NCBI GenBank assembly: GCA_030141605.1
Contig: JAQGDQ010000781.1
Coordinates: 32,378-96,377, forward strand
Source: Tubiluchus corallicola
Taxonomy: Eukaryota; Animalia; Priapulida
Direction of reading: 5' to 3'
DNA: 64,000 bases
Below are positions 1-12,400 of the stretch, piece after piece. The translations under genes and the position numbers were made by a program. Positions within the stretch are counted from its first letter, which is position 1. Every line of letters starts with the position of its first letter. A model generated the notes under the pieces. That model did not search any database. It saw nothing but the letters and a program-made list of their open reading frames with translations, and was not told where the DNA came from.

Positions 1-306
1 GTAATTGTGGTTGGTAATTGTAAAAATATCTGCTCAAATAGTAGAAGTTATAGGTTCGAGGCTCACTGTAGCGCAAAACTGTTTTAGACTTTCTTTTTTA
101 AGTATTGATTTCAAACGTTTATATGGCAAAAGAATAACAAAAAAGCAACCAGAGTAATATTAGTGTTGTATCAATTTATGTAACAAGTAAAACATGCATG
201 ATTTAAAGCATGATTTTATTGCAACAATAAGTTATGGAACGAAATTTTGAAAAAAATATGTAGACAGGTTTCATTGGATGATGATTGTTAGTTGTGAATA
301 TTTCAG

Positions 307-417
307 ATATTGATGAATGCTTATCGAAGCCCTGCATTCATGGTACTTGCAGACAGGGAGTTAATAATTACACCTGCACTTGTGAAGCAGCATACAAAGG
401 ACGTAACTGTACAGAAG
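307..417 (+). CDS. EGF exon [37 protein letters not shown]
   Basis: tttcag|...|gtattt, 111 nt, 6 Cys. Confidence 0.9.
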
Positions 418-3400
418 GTATTTCGTCATTAACTGTCACAATCTATATGTATATGCGTCCAGATATGTTCGTTATCAATACGACCGAGATTCGTAACTCG
501 TGTTCTTATGCAACCAACAAGTAATAGAATAAAGTTCTGAAAAAATCACTGACAATTTTCAGTGCTTGATCACAGTATTTATTGTGAATATTTCAGATAT
601 TGATGAATGTTTATCAAATCCCTGCATTCATGGCTCATGCACACAGGGTGTTAATAATTTCACCTGCACCTGTGAAACAGGATACAAAGGACATGACTGT
701 GCTGAAGGTATTTTGGTATTTACTCTGCAATATAAGTAACTACAACTTTCTTATTATTACAGCAAACAGCAAACGGTAGCTTTGAACTACTATGTACTAA
801 CTGACTCTTTTTGCAATAGTTCTTTGCAATAATTCAGTGTGTCTACCATTGTTTTTAATTTATTATATTTATTTTTTGTTTAGATATTGATGATTGCTCG
901 CCTAATCCTTGTAAGAATGGAGCTAAATGTGTAGATAAAATTAACAACTACACCTGTTTGTGTGTCCAGGGATTTGCTGGAGCCAATTGTGACCAAGGTC
1001 TAGTTTATATAATATTTGATACTAGTTTGTTGCTAAATATCAGATCTGGAGACTTAAAAGTCATAATATAAATATATATATATATATATATCAGCATGAA
1101 GCATTACTTTTGATTAGAATAAAGTTTTTATTTAAATATATTTTACAAAATTTGAGCAGAGACTTAATATAAAGAAATGAGTTTAAACAGTTTGTAAGTA
1201 AGAAAAAGTATTATGGATATTGTGGAAACCCACAACACAGACCTACAGTGCATTATTAATCATTTTTAACTGAAATATAGGTCAGAAAACGCTGTATTTT
1301 GTTTTTTATTTAGATGTTAATGATTGCTCGTGTAATCCTTGTGCAAATGGAGGTACTTGTACAGACGTTGGTGTCAATAAATACAGTTGTTCTTGTGTGG
1401 CTGGATACACAGGAGTCAACTGTGAAGAAGGTAAAGATTGTCAGTAGATATGTTTGCATGTTCCGCATGTGCAACATAGATTCAGTCACTGGTTGTAGGT
1501 AAATATTGTCAATAGACATGTTGACATGTATTACTCATGTATACACATGTTTAGTCACTGGTTGCAGAAATTAGTTACTTAGCCACACTATTGGTTATAT
1601 TGACCATGTCAGGCAGCAGTAAAAATAACGTAGTTGCTTACGTATGCAGAAAATGTTGCAAGTCCGAATTTCCAGTCTGAATGCAAATAAAAAGAGTTTT
1701 AACATTAAAAATTTAATATGACAAAGATTTTTTCTATTTGTGAGCAGCCAAAGTAATACACATTAAAACATTTGAAACATTAGTAAATTTTCTGTAGAAC
1801 ATTTAGTACATTGGAAATAGTTGTCTCTATGCCAGGAAAGCCGCATATAAATTAAAAGGTGCAAGACAGATTTGCAATCCAAGGACTAGTGTTGTTAGTC
1901 CTGGATCCCAGAATAAGTGTAAAAAGGAAAACCTGTGTGAAGGAAGCTATACTTATTGCCCTTTAATAAAGAACTTTTGCTTCCTTCTTAAAAATCCAAC
2001 TACATTTTAATTGTTTTCAATTTCTTCTAGATATCAATGAATGCTTATCAATTCCTTGCCAGAATGGAGCAACATGTAACAACGAAATCAACAAGTACAC
2101 TTGTACTTGTGCTGATGGATATACTGGGCCTAAATGTGAACAAGGTACTGTTTCATGAAGACAATGAAAAATAACATTGGCATTATCATTATGTTCAAAT
2201 GTAGAATCTATGGTGTCTTTTTTGAAGCAAACAACCTTTTTGCTTTCTCAATTTTTGAATTCTGTTTCTGAGAGAATAACCTATATTTCCTTCTTGAAAA
2301 TCCAACTACATTTTAATTGCTTTTCATTTTCTTCTAGATATCAATGAATGCTCATCAACTCCCTGCCAGAATGGAGCAACATGTAACAATGAATTGAACA
2401 AATACACTTGCACTTGTGCTGATGGATATACTGGGCCTAAATGTGAACAAGGTATTGTTTCATGAAAACTATGAAAAATACACAACGGTAATATGCCTCA
2501 CAGCTGAAATTATAGTGTCTTTTCTGCAAAACATTATCTTTTCCAAGCTTTCAATTTGAAACACATTTTCTCAAAGCCATTACTCTTGCTTCCTTCTTGA
2601 AAATCTAACAACATTTTAATTTTCTTTTTCATTTTCCTTTAGAAATCAATGAATGTTCATCAGCACCTTGCCAGAACGGAGCAACATGTAAAAACGAAAT
2701 CAACAAGTACACTTGTACTTGTGCTGATGGATACACTGGAGCTAACTGTGAAGAAATATTGGGTAAACTAAATTTTTTATGACTTTTGGTCAATTCATGT
2801 AAAATTGCATAAACAGAACTCACTTTTTTGTAGCATTTTTCAAAATTTAGCAATAATTTCTAGCAGATTTTTGGGCAACTTTGGTTGTAAACAAAGAACT
2901 CAATAAATGCACTTGTCCTTGTACTGCTGGATATACTGCAAGTAACTGTGGACAAAGTATTCACGAAAACAACGTGAATAAAGCAGCAATTTATTACAAT
3001 CCTGGGTTTATGAGGTTCAATTTGGAAGGCACCACCTTGACCAGATGCCACTACGCTGAGCCCCTGAGATACTGAGCAGTTTATACAAGCATTTAGTTGG
3101 CATCTCCATCACCCATGTGACAAAAAACATTAGTTCTTTGTTTCCTTTTAGATGCAAAAATTTTATACGTTTCTCTGTTACTACAAGTGTCATTAGTTTT
3201 TCTTTCCCGACGTCCTACTTTATGCATTTTCTTACGTAAAATATTTTCTCTAGGTTATGACAGTTGTCAGTCAGAACCTTGTGAAAATGGGGCTATCTGT
3301 GTTTCGAGTAACAATACATACACTTGTTATTGTCGATCTGGATTTGCTGGTACTAACTGTGAACGAGGTAAGATTTTGTAAAGTTAATGAAATATCTTAG

Positions 3401-6400
3401 AGCTAGTTATCTTTCCAACACGATTTTGACTCAGATTCAAAAAAAATCTGTGGGCAAGTTGTATCTGAGAGAGTTTTCAGTAAAAATTATGCTACAACAC
3501 TGTGCTTTTAAGTTATCATGTTTTTTCAGTGTAGTTTTTAAGAATAATTATCAGTTATTCAGTGAATATAATGCTATTTTAATTCCCCTATAATGCTCCA
3601 CCAGATTTTGATGAATGCTGCTCAGATCCTTGCATGAATGGAGCAACGTGCAGTAATGAAGTTGACAAATACACTTGTACTTGTGCTGAAGATTACACAG
3701 GAAAAAATTGTGAACAAGGTAAAGAATGCCATGATTTTTGTTACTAATGAGATTAACGTAAGCAATTTAAAGATGTAAGATGCAGTGTGTAGATTTACTT
3801 GACCATTTAGAATTGACATAGAATTGTCTTTCATATACATGTATATAATTATATATATAAATAATTATGCAGTATTAATTACAATAAATTATTTATTATA
3901 GTAAAGTATAATATGGTAAGTATAGTAAATATATATAATACTATTTTGATACTTTTAAATTATAAGTCCAGTTGTAGAAACGTTTAATGGATTAATAATT
4001 ATTATTTAGAAATCAACAATTGCTCTCCTAATCCTTGCCTGAATGGAGCTACATGTATAAACAAAATCCACAGCTACACGTGTTTATGTGCTGAAGGATA
4101 CAATGGTACTGAATGTGAACACGGTAATTATTGCAAAAATGTTTGTTGTCATACTTACCGTTATAATAATAATTACTACTATTTACTACTAGTACTACGA
4201 CCTGACATTTACTCATTCACGGACCATTAAGCGTTTGTTACTTTTTGCATGGGTTCATGACAAAATTCTGTTCGTCAACATTAGCTGCTAGATTATGTCA
4301 TGAATGCTCATCATCTCCTTAGTAATTTTTCAGCTCCTCATTTAATGGATTTTTATGAAAAATTATGTATGAAATACATTTACTGTACCATAGGACATCA
4401 TAAAAATCGATTTTTGAAAAAAAATTGAAAAAGCTTTCAGTAACTTCAGTGCTTTGAACTCAGCCAAGCTGTTAATATAATGATAAACACATAAACATTT
4501 AATGCAACCACACGTGCCTTTTCTCTAGATATAGATGAATGTTTATCAGCTCCTTGTCCTAATGGAACTGTGTGCAACAACGAAGTCAACAAATATACCT
4601 GCACTTGTGTTGACGGATACACTGGACCTGATTGTAATCAAGGTAGAACTGTATCTTACATTACTTTCGAAAGATCATCTGCAAATTAATTAAACTCAAA
4701 ATACCACAACTTTATCAAACTTTTATTTTACATAGTTAGAAATCGCATCAAACATTTAAACATGATTTTTAACTACGTAAATTAAAAGTTTCAATAAAGT
4801 TGTAGTGTTTTAACTATAGATGTTTTTCAGTAACTGTAATAAAAATTGTCTGTAATTTAATTATAGAAAATAATAATTAAGAATTACTCAATTATTATTA
4901 ACTTTAGTAAATAATAAGTGAGAATTAAATTCTTGATGAATAACCACCCGATTAAGATAAAGCACTTAATATATAGGCACTATATGTGTAACTTTAACAA
5001 TGTATCTTTGCAAACCTTATTCTGTATACATATGCAACCAAGCTCTGCGTTTTTGTACATTAAAGTTCTGCAGAACACCGTGTGACCTCATTCACTCACT
5101 TAGTTATTATTGCAGCCAAATATAAACTAAATCATTTACAACATCAAAACTTTACTTTAATTTATTGTATCTATACATACATATATATATATATATATGA
5201 ATACTTTCACCTTAAAGCATGCTAATAACTCTACCTATCTAACTGCAAAGAACTTATCTTTTCTAGAAATTGATGAATGCTCGTCAGCTCCTTGTCAGAA
5301 TGGGGCAACGTGTAATGATAATGTCAACAAATACACTTGTACTTGTGTTGATGGATATACTGGGACTGATTGTGATAAAGGTAAAGCTTCTTTAAATCAA
5401 CAGGAAAATTGCACAAGGCCGCTTGCTCTATCCTCGGATTACAATTTTCAATTTGAAAGGCAACATTTTTTCAAGTTGTTTCACTTTCAAAACAACTTTT
5501 ACACTTGATGAAAGACATGTTTTAAGACACGCAATTTGTCTTCCTCATTACAAATCAACTTTTACAGTTTATAATACAGTTTCTGGAAGCTAAAATCTGA
5601 CTTCAATTGTTACCTGTTTTTCCAGATATTGATGAATGCTTGTCGTCTCCTTGCATGAATGGAGCAACATGTAACGATGGAGTCAACAAATACACTTGTA
5701 CTTGTGCTGATGGATATACTGGATCTAACTGTGGTCAAGGTATCATTGCAATTAAGTTGACATGTTTTGCTTATTTTCCAATTTTTTTAAGTAGGCCAAT
5801 TTATTTTCGACCCCCCCCCTTGTGATGACCTCATCTGTACGAAGCCATTGCATAGTGGCTTTGAATACCAGGTATAAAACCGTCGCTATGGAATGGCCTC
5901 GTTGATTCAGTAGGTGAACCTGTTCGTCCATTAAATCAAAGAGGCCATTCTATGGCGACGGTTTTGCAGCTGGTATTCAACGTCAAAATGCAATAGCTTT
6001 TATGGACGAGCAATCAACGATGTTTTTTTTATTTATTTATTATTATTATCACATTCAGTACAATATAAAGCACACAGTGACATCAAAATTATTACATCTA
6101 CTATACTAAATTGTTATGTTTCATACACTATCGTTATCATAACATGATAATTGTACTGCAGTGGGCTAGAGAAGCAAAGGCTTGTATAAGCCCACTGTCA
6201 TGTGAACCTGATAAAAAAAGGATGAGTGAACAAAAAAGAACTGGGAGAAAGGTTAGATCACACAGGAAGGGTGGAAGGATGTGTTAGTGGAAATGGTAGG
6301 AAGAAAGATAATAGATTGCGCTATGTTGACATCAGCTCTAAAGATTTATCAATGATGCCTTGTTTTGTATAATCTGTACCAGGATTGTGGTATGAGGAGG

Positions 6401-9400
6401 GGTCGAACATGAATGGCATTTAGCCCCGGAAAAGGTCATGAGATGTAATGAATGGTAACTTACTTCCAAATCAATTTGACGTACATACAAGTGAATGGCT
6501 AGTCTGTGTTTAGCTGATATTTATGTGACAACTGCACGTTTTTCCATTATCTTATTTTTCAGTCTTGTTTTTGCTAAATTAGTTGCAGGAAAGCAGTGAA
6601 AATTGTAACTATCCTTGGTCTCACTAATTAATCATGACTTTGATTGTCAGAATTTTAAAAACCATTACCATAGTGGGTAATTAGCTGGAGAAAGAAGACA
6701 ATGAAAGATTGTTGACTAGTAAGGATTCGAACCCGAGAGCTTGGATTAGTACTACCATGCTCTACCGCCTGAGCAACAAGCCAATCACGATATTCATGAG
6801 CTTCCTCCTTGTTGTAGCTCGCAATTCAACAGCGCCACCTATGATTTTTGTTAGCAATGAGACAAATGTGACACATCTAAAAACATAGTATTCAGACATA
6901 TTCCTGTTTTTTTTAGAAATTGATGAATGTTTGTCAAATCCTTGTACGAATGGAGGAACTTGTAAAAATGAAATCAACAAATACTCTTGCAATTGTGCTG
7001 CTGGATATACTGGAACTGACTGTGGACAAGGTATATTAAACAAATGTGTTGAAAATAATAGAGGGTCAATTTGCTTCAAATCTGAAGTTTTTTGAAGTTT
7101 GGCAGTACTTTTCTTCACCTCCTTCAAATTGCATTAACATTTCTGAAAACTGCAATTTACGTTGTCTTCTTGAAAATCTACAAAATTTTATTCGTCAACA
7201 TTTTCTTCTAGATATTGATGAATGTTCATCATCTCCTTGTAAGAATGGAGCTCCTCATTTAATGGATTTTTATGAAAAATTATGTATGAAATACATTTCT
7301 GTACCATAGACATCTTAAAAATCGATTTTTGAAAAAAAATTGAAAAAGCTTTTAGTAACTTCAGTGCTTTGAACTCAGCCAAGCTGTTAATATAATGATA
7401 AACACATAAACATTTAATGTAACCACACGTACCTTTTCTCTAGATATAGATGAATGTTTATCAGCTCCTTGTCCTGATGGAACTGTGTGCAACAATGAAG
7501 TCAACAAATATACCTGCACTTGTGCTGACGGATACACTGGACCTGATTGTAATCAAGGTAGAACTGTAGCTCAACTTACTTTCGAAAGATCATCTGTAAA
7601 TTAATTAAACTTAAAATACCACAACTTTATCAAACTTTTATTTTACATAGTTAGAAATCGCATCAAACATTTAAACATGATTTTTAACTACGTAAATTAA
7701 AAGTTTCAATAAAGTTGTAGTGTTTTAACTATAGATGTTTTTCAGTAACTGTAATGAAAAATTGTCTGTAATTTAATTATAGAAAATAATAATTAAGAAT
7801 TACTCAATTATTACTAACTTCAGTAAATAATAAGTGAGAATCAAAATATTGATAAATAACAACTCGATTAAGATAAAACACTTAATATATAAGCACTATA
7901 TGTGTAACTTTAGCAATGTATCTTTGCAAACCTTATAATAGTCTGTATACATAATGCAACCAAGCTCTGCGTTTTTGTACATTAAAGTTCTGCAGAACAC
8001 CTTGTGACCTCATTCACTCACTTAGTTATTATTGCAGCCAAATATAAACTAAATCATTTACAACATCAAAACTTTACTTTAATTTATTGTATCTGTACAT
8101 ACATATATATATATATTTATATGAATACTTTCACCTTAAAGCATGCTAATAACTCTACCTATCTAACTGCAAAGAACTCATCTTTTCTAGAAATTGATGA
8201 ATGTTCGTCAACTCCTTGTCAGAATGGGGCAACGTGTAATGATAATGTCAACAAATACACTTGTACTTGTGTTGATGGATATACTGGGACTAATTGTGAT
8301 CAAGGTAAAGCTTCGTTAAAGCAACAGGAAAGTTGCACAAGGCCGCTTGCTCTATCCTCGGCTTACAATTTTCAATTTGAAAGGCAATATTTTTTAAGTT
8401 GTTTCACTTTCAAAACAACTTTTACACTTGATGAAAGACATGTTTTAAGACACACAATTTGTCTTCCTCATTACAAATCAACTTTTACAGTTTATAATAC
8501 AGTTTCTGGAAGCTAAAAACTGACTTCAATTGTTACCTGTTTTTCCAGATATTGATGAATGCTTGTCGTCTCCTTGCATGAATGGAGCAACATGTAACGA
8601 TGGACTCAACAAATACACTTGTACTTGTGCTGATGGATATACTGGATCTAACTGTGGTCAAGGTATCATTGCAATTAAGTTGACATGTTTTGCTTATTTT
8701 CCAATTTTTTTAAGTAGGCCAATTTATTTTCGACCCCCCCCCTTGTGATGACCTCATCTGTACGAAGCCATTGCATAGTGGGTTTGAATACCAGGTATAA
8801 AACCGTCGCTATGGAATGGCCTCGTTGATTCAGTAGGTGAACCTGTTCGTCTATTAAATCAAAGAGGCCATTCTATGGCGACAGTTTTGCAGCTGGTATT
8901 CAAGGTCAAAATGCAATAGCTTTTATGGACGAGCAATCAACGATGTTTTTTTTTATTTATTTATTATTATTATCACATTCAGTACAATATAAAGCACACA
9001 GTGACATCAAAATTATTGCATCTACTATACTAAATTGTTATGTTTCGTACACTATCGTTATCATAACATGATAATTGTACTGCAGTGGGCTAGAGAAGCA
9101 AAGGCTTGTATAAGCCCACTGTCATGTGAAACTGATAAAAAAAGGATGAGTGAACAAAAAAGAACTGGGAGAAAGGTTAGATCACACAGGAAGGGTAGAA
9201 GGATGTGTTAGTGGAAATGGTAGGAAGAAAGATAATAGATTGCGCTATGTTGACATCAGCTCTAAAGATTTATCAACGATGCCTTGTTTTGTATAATCTG
9301 TACCAGGATTGTGGTATGAGGAGGGGTCGAACATGAATGGCATTTAGCATCGGTAAAACTTACGAAATGTCATGAATGGTCAGTTACTTCCAAATCAATT

Positions 9401-12400
9401 TGACGTACATACAAGTGAATGGCTGGTCTGTGTTTAGCAAATTTTTATGCGACAACTGCACGTTTTTCCATTATCTTATTTTTCAGTCTTGTTTTTGCTA
9501 AATTTGTTGCAGGAAATCATTGAAAATTGTAACTATCCTTGGTCTCACTAATTAATCATGACTTTGATTGTCAGAATTTCAAAAACCATTACCATAGTGG
9601 GTAATTACCTGGAGAAAGAAGACAATGAAAGATTGTTGACTAGTAAGGATTCGAACCCGAGAGCTTGGATTAGTACTACCATGCTCTACCGCCTGAGCAA
9701 CAAGCCAATCACGATATTCATGAGCTTCCTCCTTGTTGTAGCTCGCAATTCAACAGCGCCACCTATGATTTTTGTTAGCAATGAGACAAATGTGACACAT
9801 CTAAAAACATAGTATTCAGACATATTCCTGTTTTTTTAGAAATTGATGAATGTTTGTCAAATCCTTGTACGAATGGAGGAACTTGTAAAAATGAAATCAA
9901 CAAATACTCATGCCATTGTGCTGCTGGATACACTGGAACTGACTGTGGACAAGGTATATTAAACAAATGTGTTGAAAATAATAGAGGGTCAATTTGCTCC
10001 AAATCTGAAGTTTTTTGAAGTTTGGCAGTACTTTTCTTCACCTCCTTCAAATTGCATTAACATTTCTGAAAACTGCAATTTACGTTGTCTTCTTGAAAAT
10101 CTACAAAATTTTATTCGTCAACATTTTCTTCTAGATATTGATGAATGTTCATCATCTCCTTGTAAGAATGGAGCAACATGTAACAATGAAATGAATAAAT
10201 ACACTTGTACTTGTGCTGATGGATATAATGGAACTAATTGTGAGGAAGGTAATTGTATCCCACGATTTTTGTTACTAACGAGGCTAAAGTAACTACTGGA
10301 GCAAGGTAATTGTAGCCCACGATTTTTGTTACTAACGAGGCTAAAGTAACTAATGGAGCAAGGTAATTGAATCTAATGATTTTTGTTACTAACTAGGCAA
10401 AAGTAGCTAATGGAGCAAGGTAACTGTGTTCCATGATTTTTGTTACGAACGAGGCTAAAGTAACTACTGGAGCAAGGTAATTGTATCACACGATTTTTGT
10501 TACTAACGAGGCTAAAGTAACTACTGGAGCAAGGTAATTGTATCACACGATTTTTGTTACTAACGAGGCTAAAGTAACTAATGGAGCAAGGTAATTGTAT
10601 CCCACGATTTTTGTTACTAACGAGGCTAAGGTAACTAATGGAGCAAGGTAATTGTATCCCACCATTTTTCTTACTAACGAGGCTAAAGTAACCAATGGAG
10701 CAAGGTAATTGTATCTAATGATTTTTGTTACTAACTAGGCAAAAGTAACTAATGGAGCAAGGTAAATGTGTTCCATGATTTTTGTTACGAACGAGGCTAA
10801 AGTAACTACTGGAACAAGGTAATTGTATCACACGATTTTTGTTACTAACGAGGCTAAAGTAACTAATGGAGTAAGGTAATTGTATCCCACGATTTTTGTT
10901 ACTAACGAGGCTAAGGTAACTAATGGAGCAAGGTAATTGTATCCCACGATTTTTGATACTAACGAGGCTAAAGTAACTAATGGAGCAAGGTAATTGAATC
11001 TAATGATTTTTGTTACTAACTAGGCAAAAGTAACTAATGGAACAAGGTAAATGTGTTCCATGATTTTTGTTACGAACGAGGCTAAAGTAACTAATGGAGC
11101 AAGGTAATTGTATCCCTCGATTTTGTTACTAACCAAACTACAGTAACTAATGTAAAAAGCATGTTATGCATTCATAGTCGACCATCTACAATTGACACAG
11201 TTAGTTGCGTCACAAATGTGTAAGAAGGAATTGCTATTGCTAGAAGATTTATTATTTCTTTCATGACTGCTCAATATAAGAAGCAGGAACGCTTGGTGGA
11301 TTCTTTGCTACGTCATCAAACGTCATTTTGTCTCAGTTGACTGCAATTTTATCAACAGTTTCCGGTGATAATCATAGATGCCACGCGTTCCTGTTCGCTG
11401 TCCCCACCCACAATGCATCATTCCTCAAACCTGGAGTTGTATTTTTGCTAAATCTTTTTGCAGCAAATTTACATACGTCAGCAGCTGATCTCCTATCAGC
11501 TTTTTGTCGTTTCAAGAGCTTTGCGTAATGCTACAGGAAGAGGAGACTCTTGAGGTAATCGTAGTGTTTTGCCCAATTCAAGGCAATATTCTCACTTTCA
11601 TTTGTTTGCCCAAAGAATTCTTCTTCACCACATTATACAGATAATCATTGGACATTCTATAGAGCTGTTGTTGTTGCTATTGTTGGCGCAATTGCTGCAG
11701 CTTTTGCTGTTGCTATTGTTGGTGCTACTGCTGCAGCTTTTGCTGTTGCTATTGTTGGTGCTACTGCTGCAGCTGTTGCTATTGTTGGTGCTACTGCTGC
11801 AGCTGTTGCTATTGTTGGTGCTACTGCTGCAGCTGTTGCTGTTGCTATTGTTGGTGCTACTGCTGCAGCTGTTGCTGTTGCTATTGTTGGTGCTACTGCT
11901 GCAGCTGTTGCTGTTGCTATTGTTGGTGCTACTGCTGTAACTGTTGCTGTTGCTATTGTTGGTGCTACTGCTGCAGCTGTTGCTGTTGCTATTGTTGGTG
12001 CTACTGCTGCAGCTGCAGCTGTTGCTATTGTTGGTATTACTGCTGCAGCTGTTGTTGTTGCTATTGTTGGTGCTATTGCTGCAGCTGTTGCTGTTGCTGT
12101 TGTTGGTGTTACTTCTGAAGCTGTTGCTATTGCTATTGTTGGTGCTACTGCTGCAGCTGTTGCTGTTTTTGTTGTTGTTTTCGATGTTTCAATTCAATGT
12201 ACTCAACAGTATTTCTAGTTCAAGTGTAAAGAAGTAACAAACGTTTTCGACGTAAATTAGTGGTGGCATCTCAAACAACATATTAAGCTCCGCTTCAAAT
12301 GCTTATATAAGTATTTGAAAGTCCATCATAAACTTCGTATGTGTAATTATTCCAACTATAACAATAAAGCGAAAACGTATCATTATTACAAGCAGCATGT

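Larger units (their letters stand above)
4334..10174 (+). repeat. Tandem segmental duplication, 2 x ~2.92 kb, each with 4 intact EGF exons
   Basis: Constant offset ~2923 nt (5607/8530, 7046/9969); highly similar introns with scattered substitutions. Confidence 0.92.

Noticed and set aside
307-10248. Calling gene 1 Notch, Crumbs or fibropellin
   Set aside because: No LNR, LamG, avidin-like or TM/ankyrin region is seen; EGF similarity alone is not diagnostic.
11569-12237. Poly-Leu ORFs
   Set aside because: Translations of a microsatellite with no credible splice sites.
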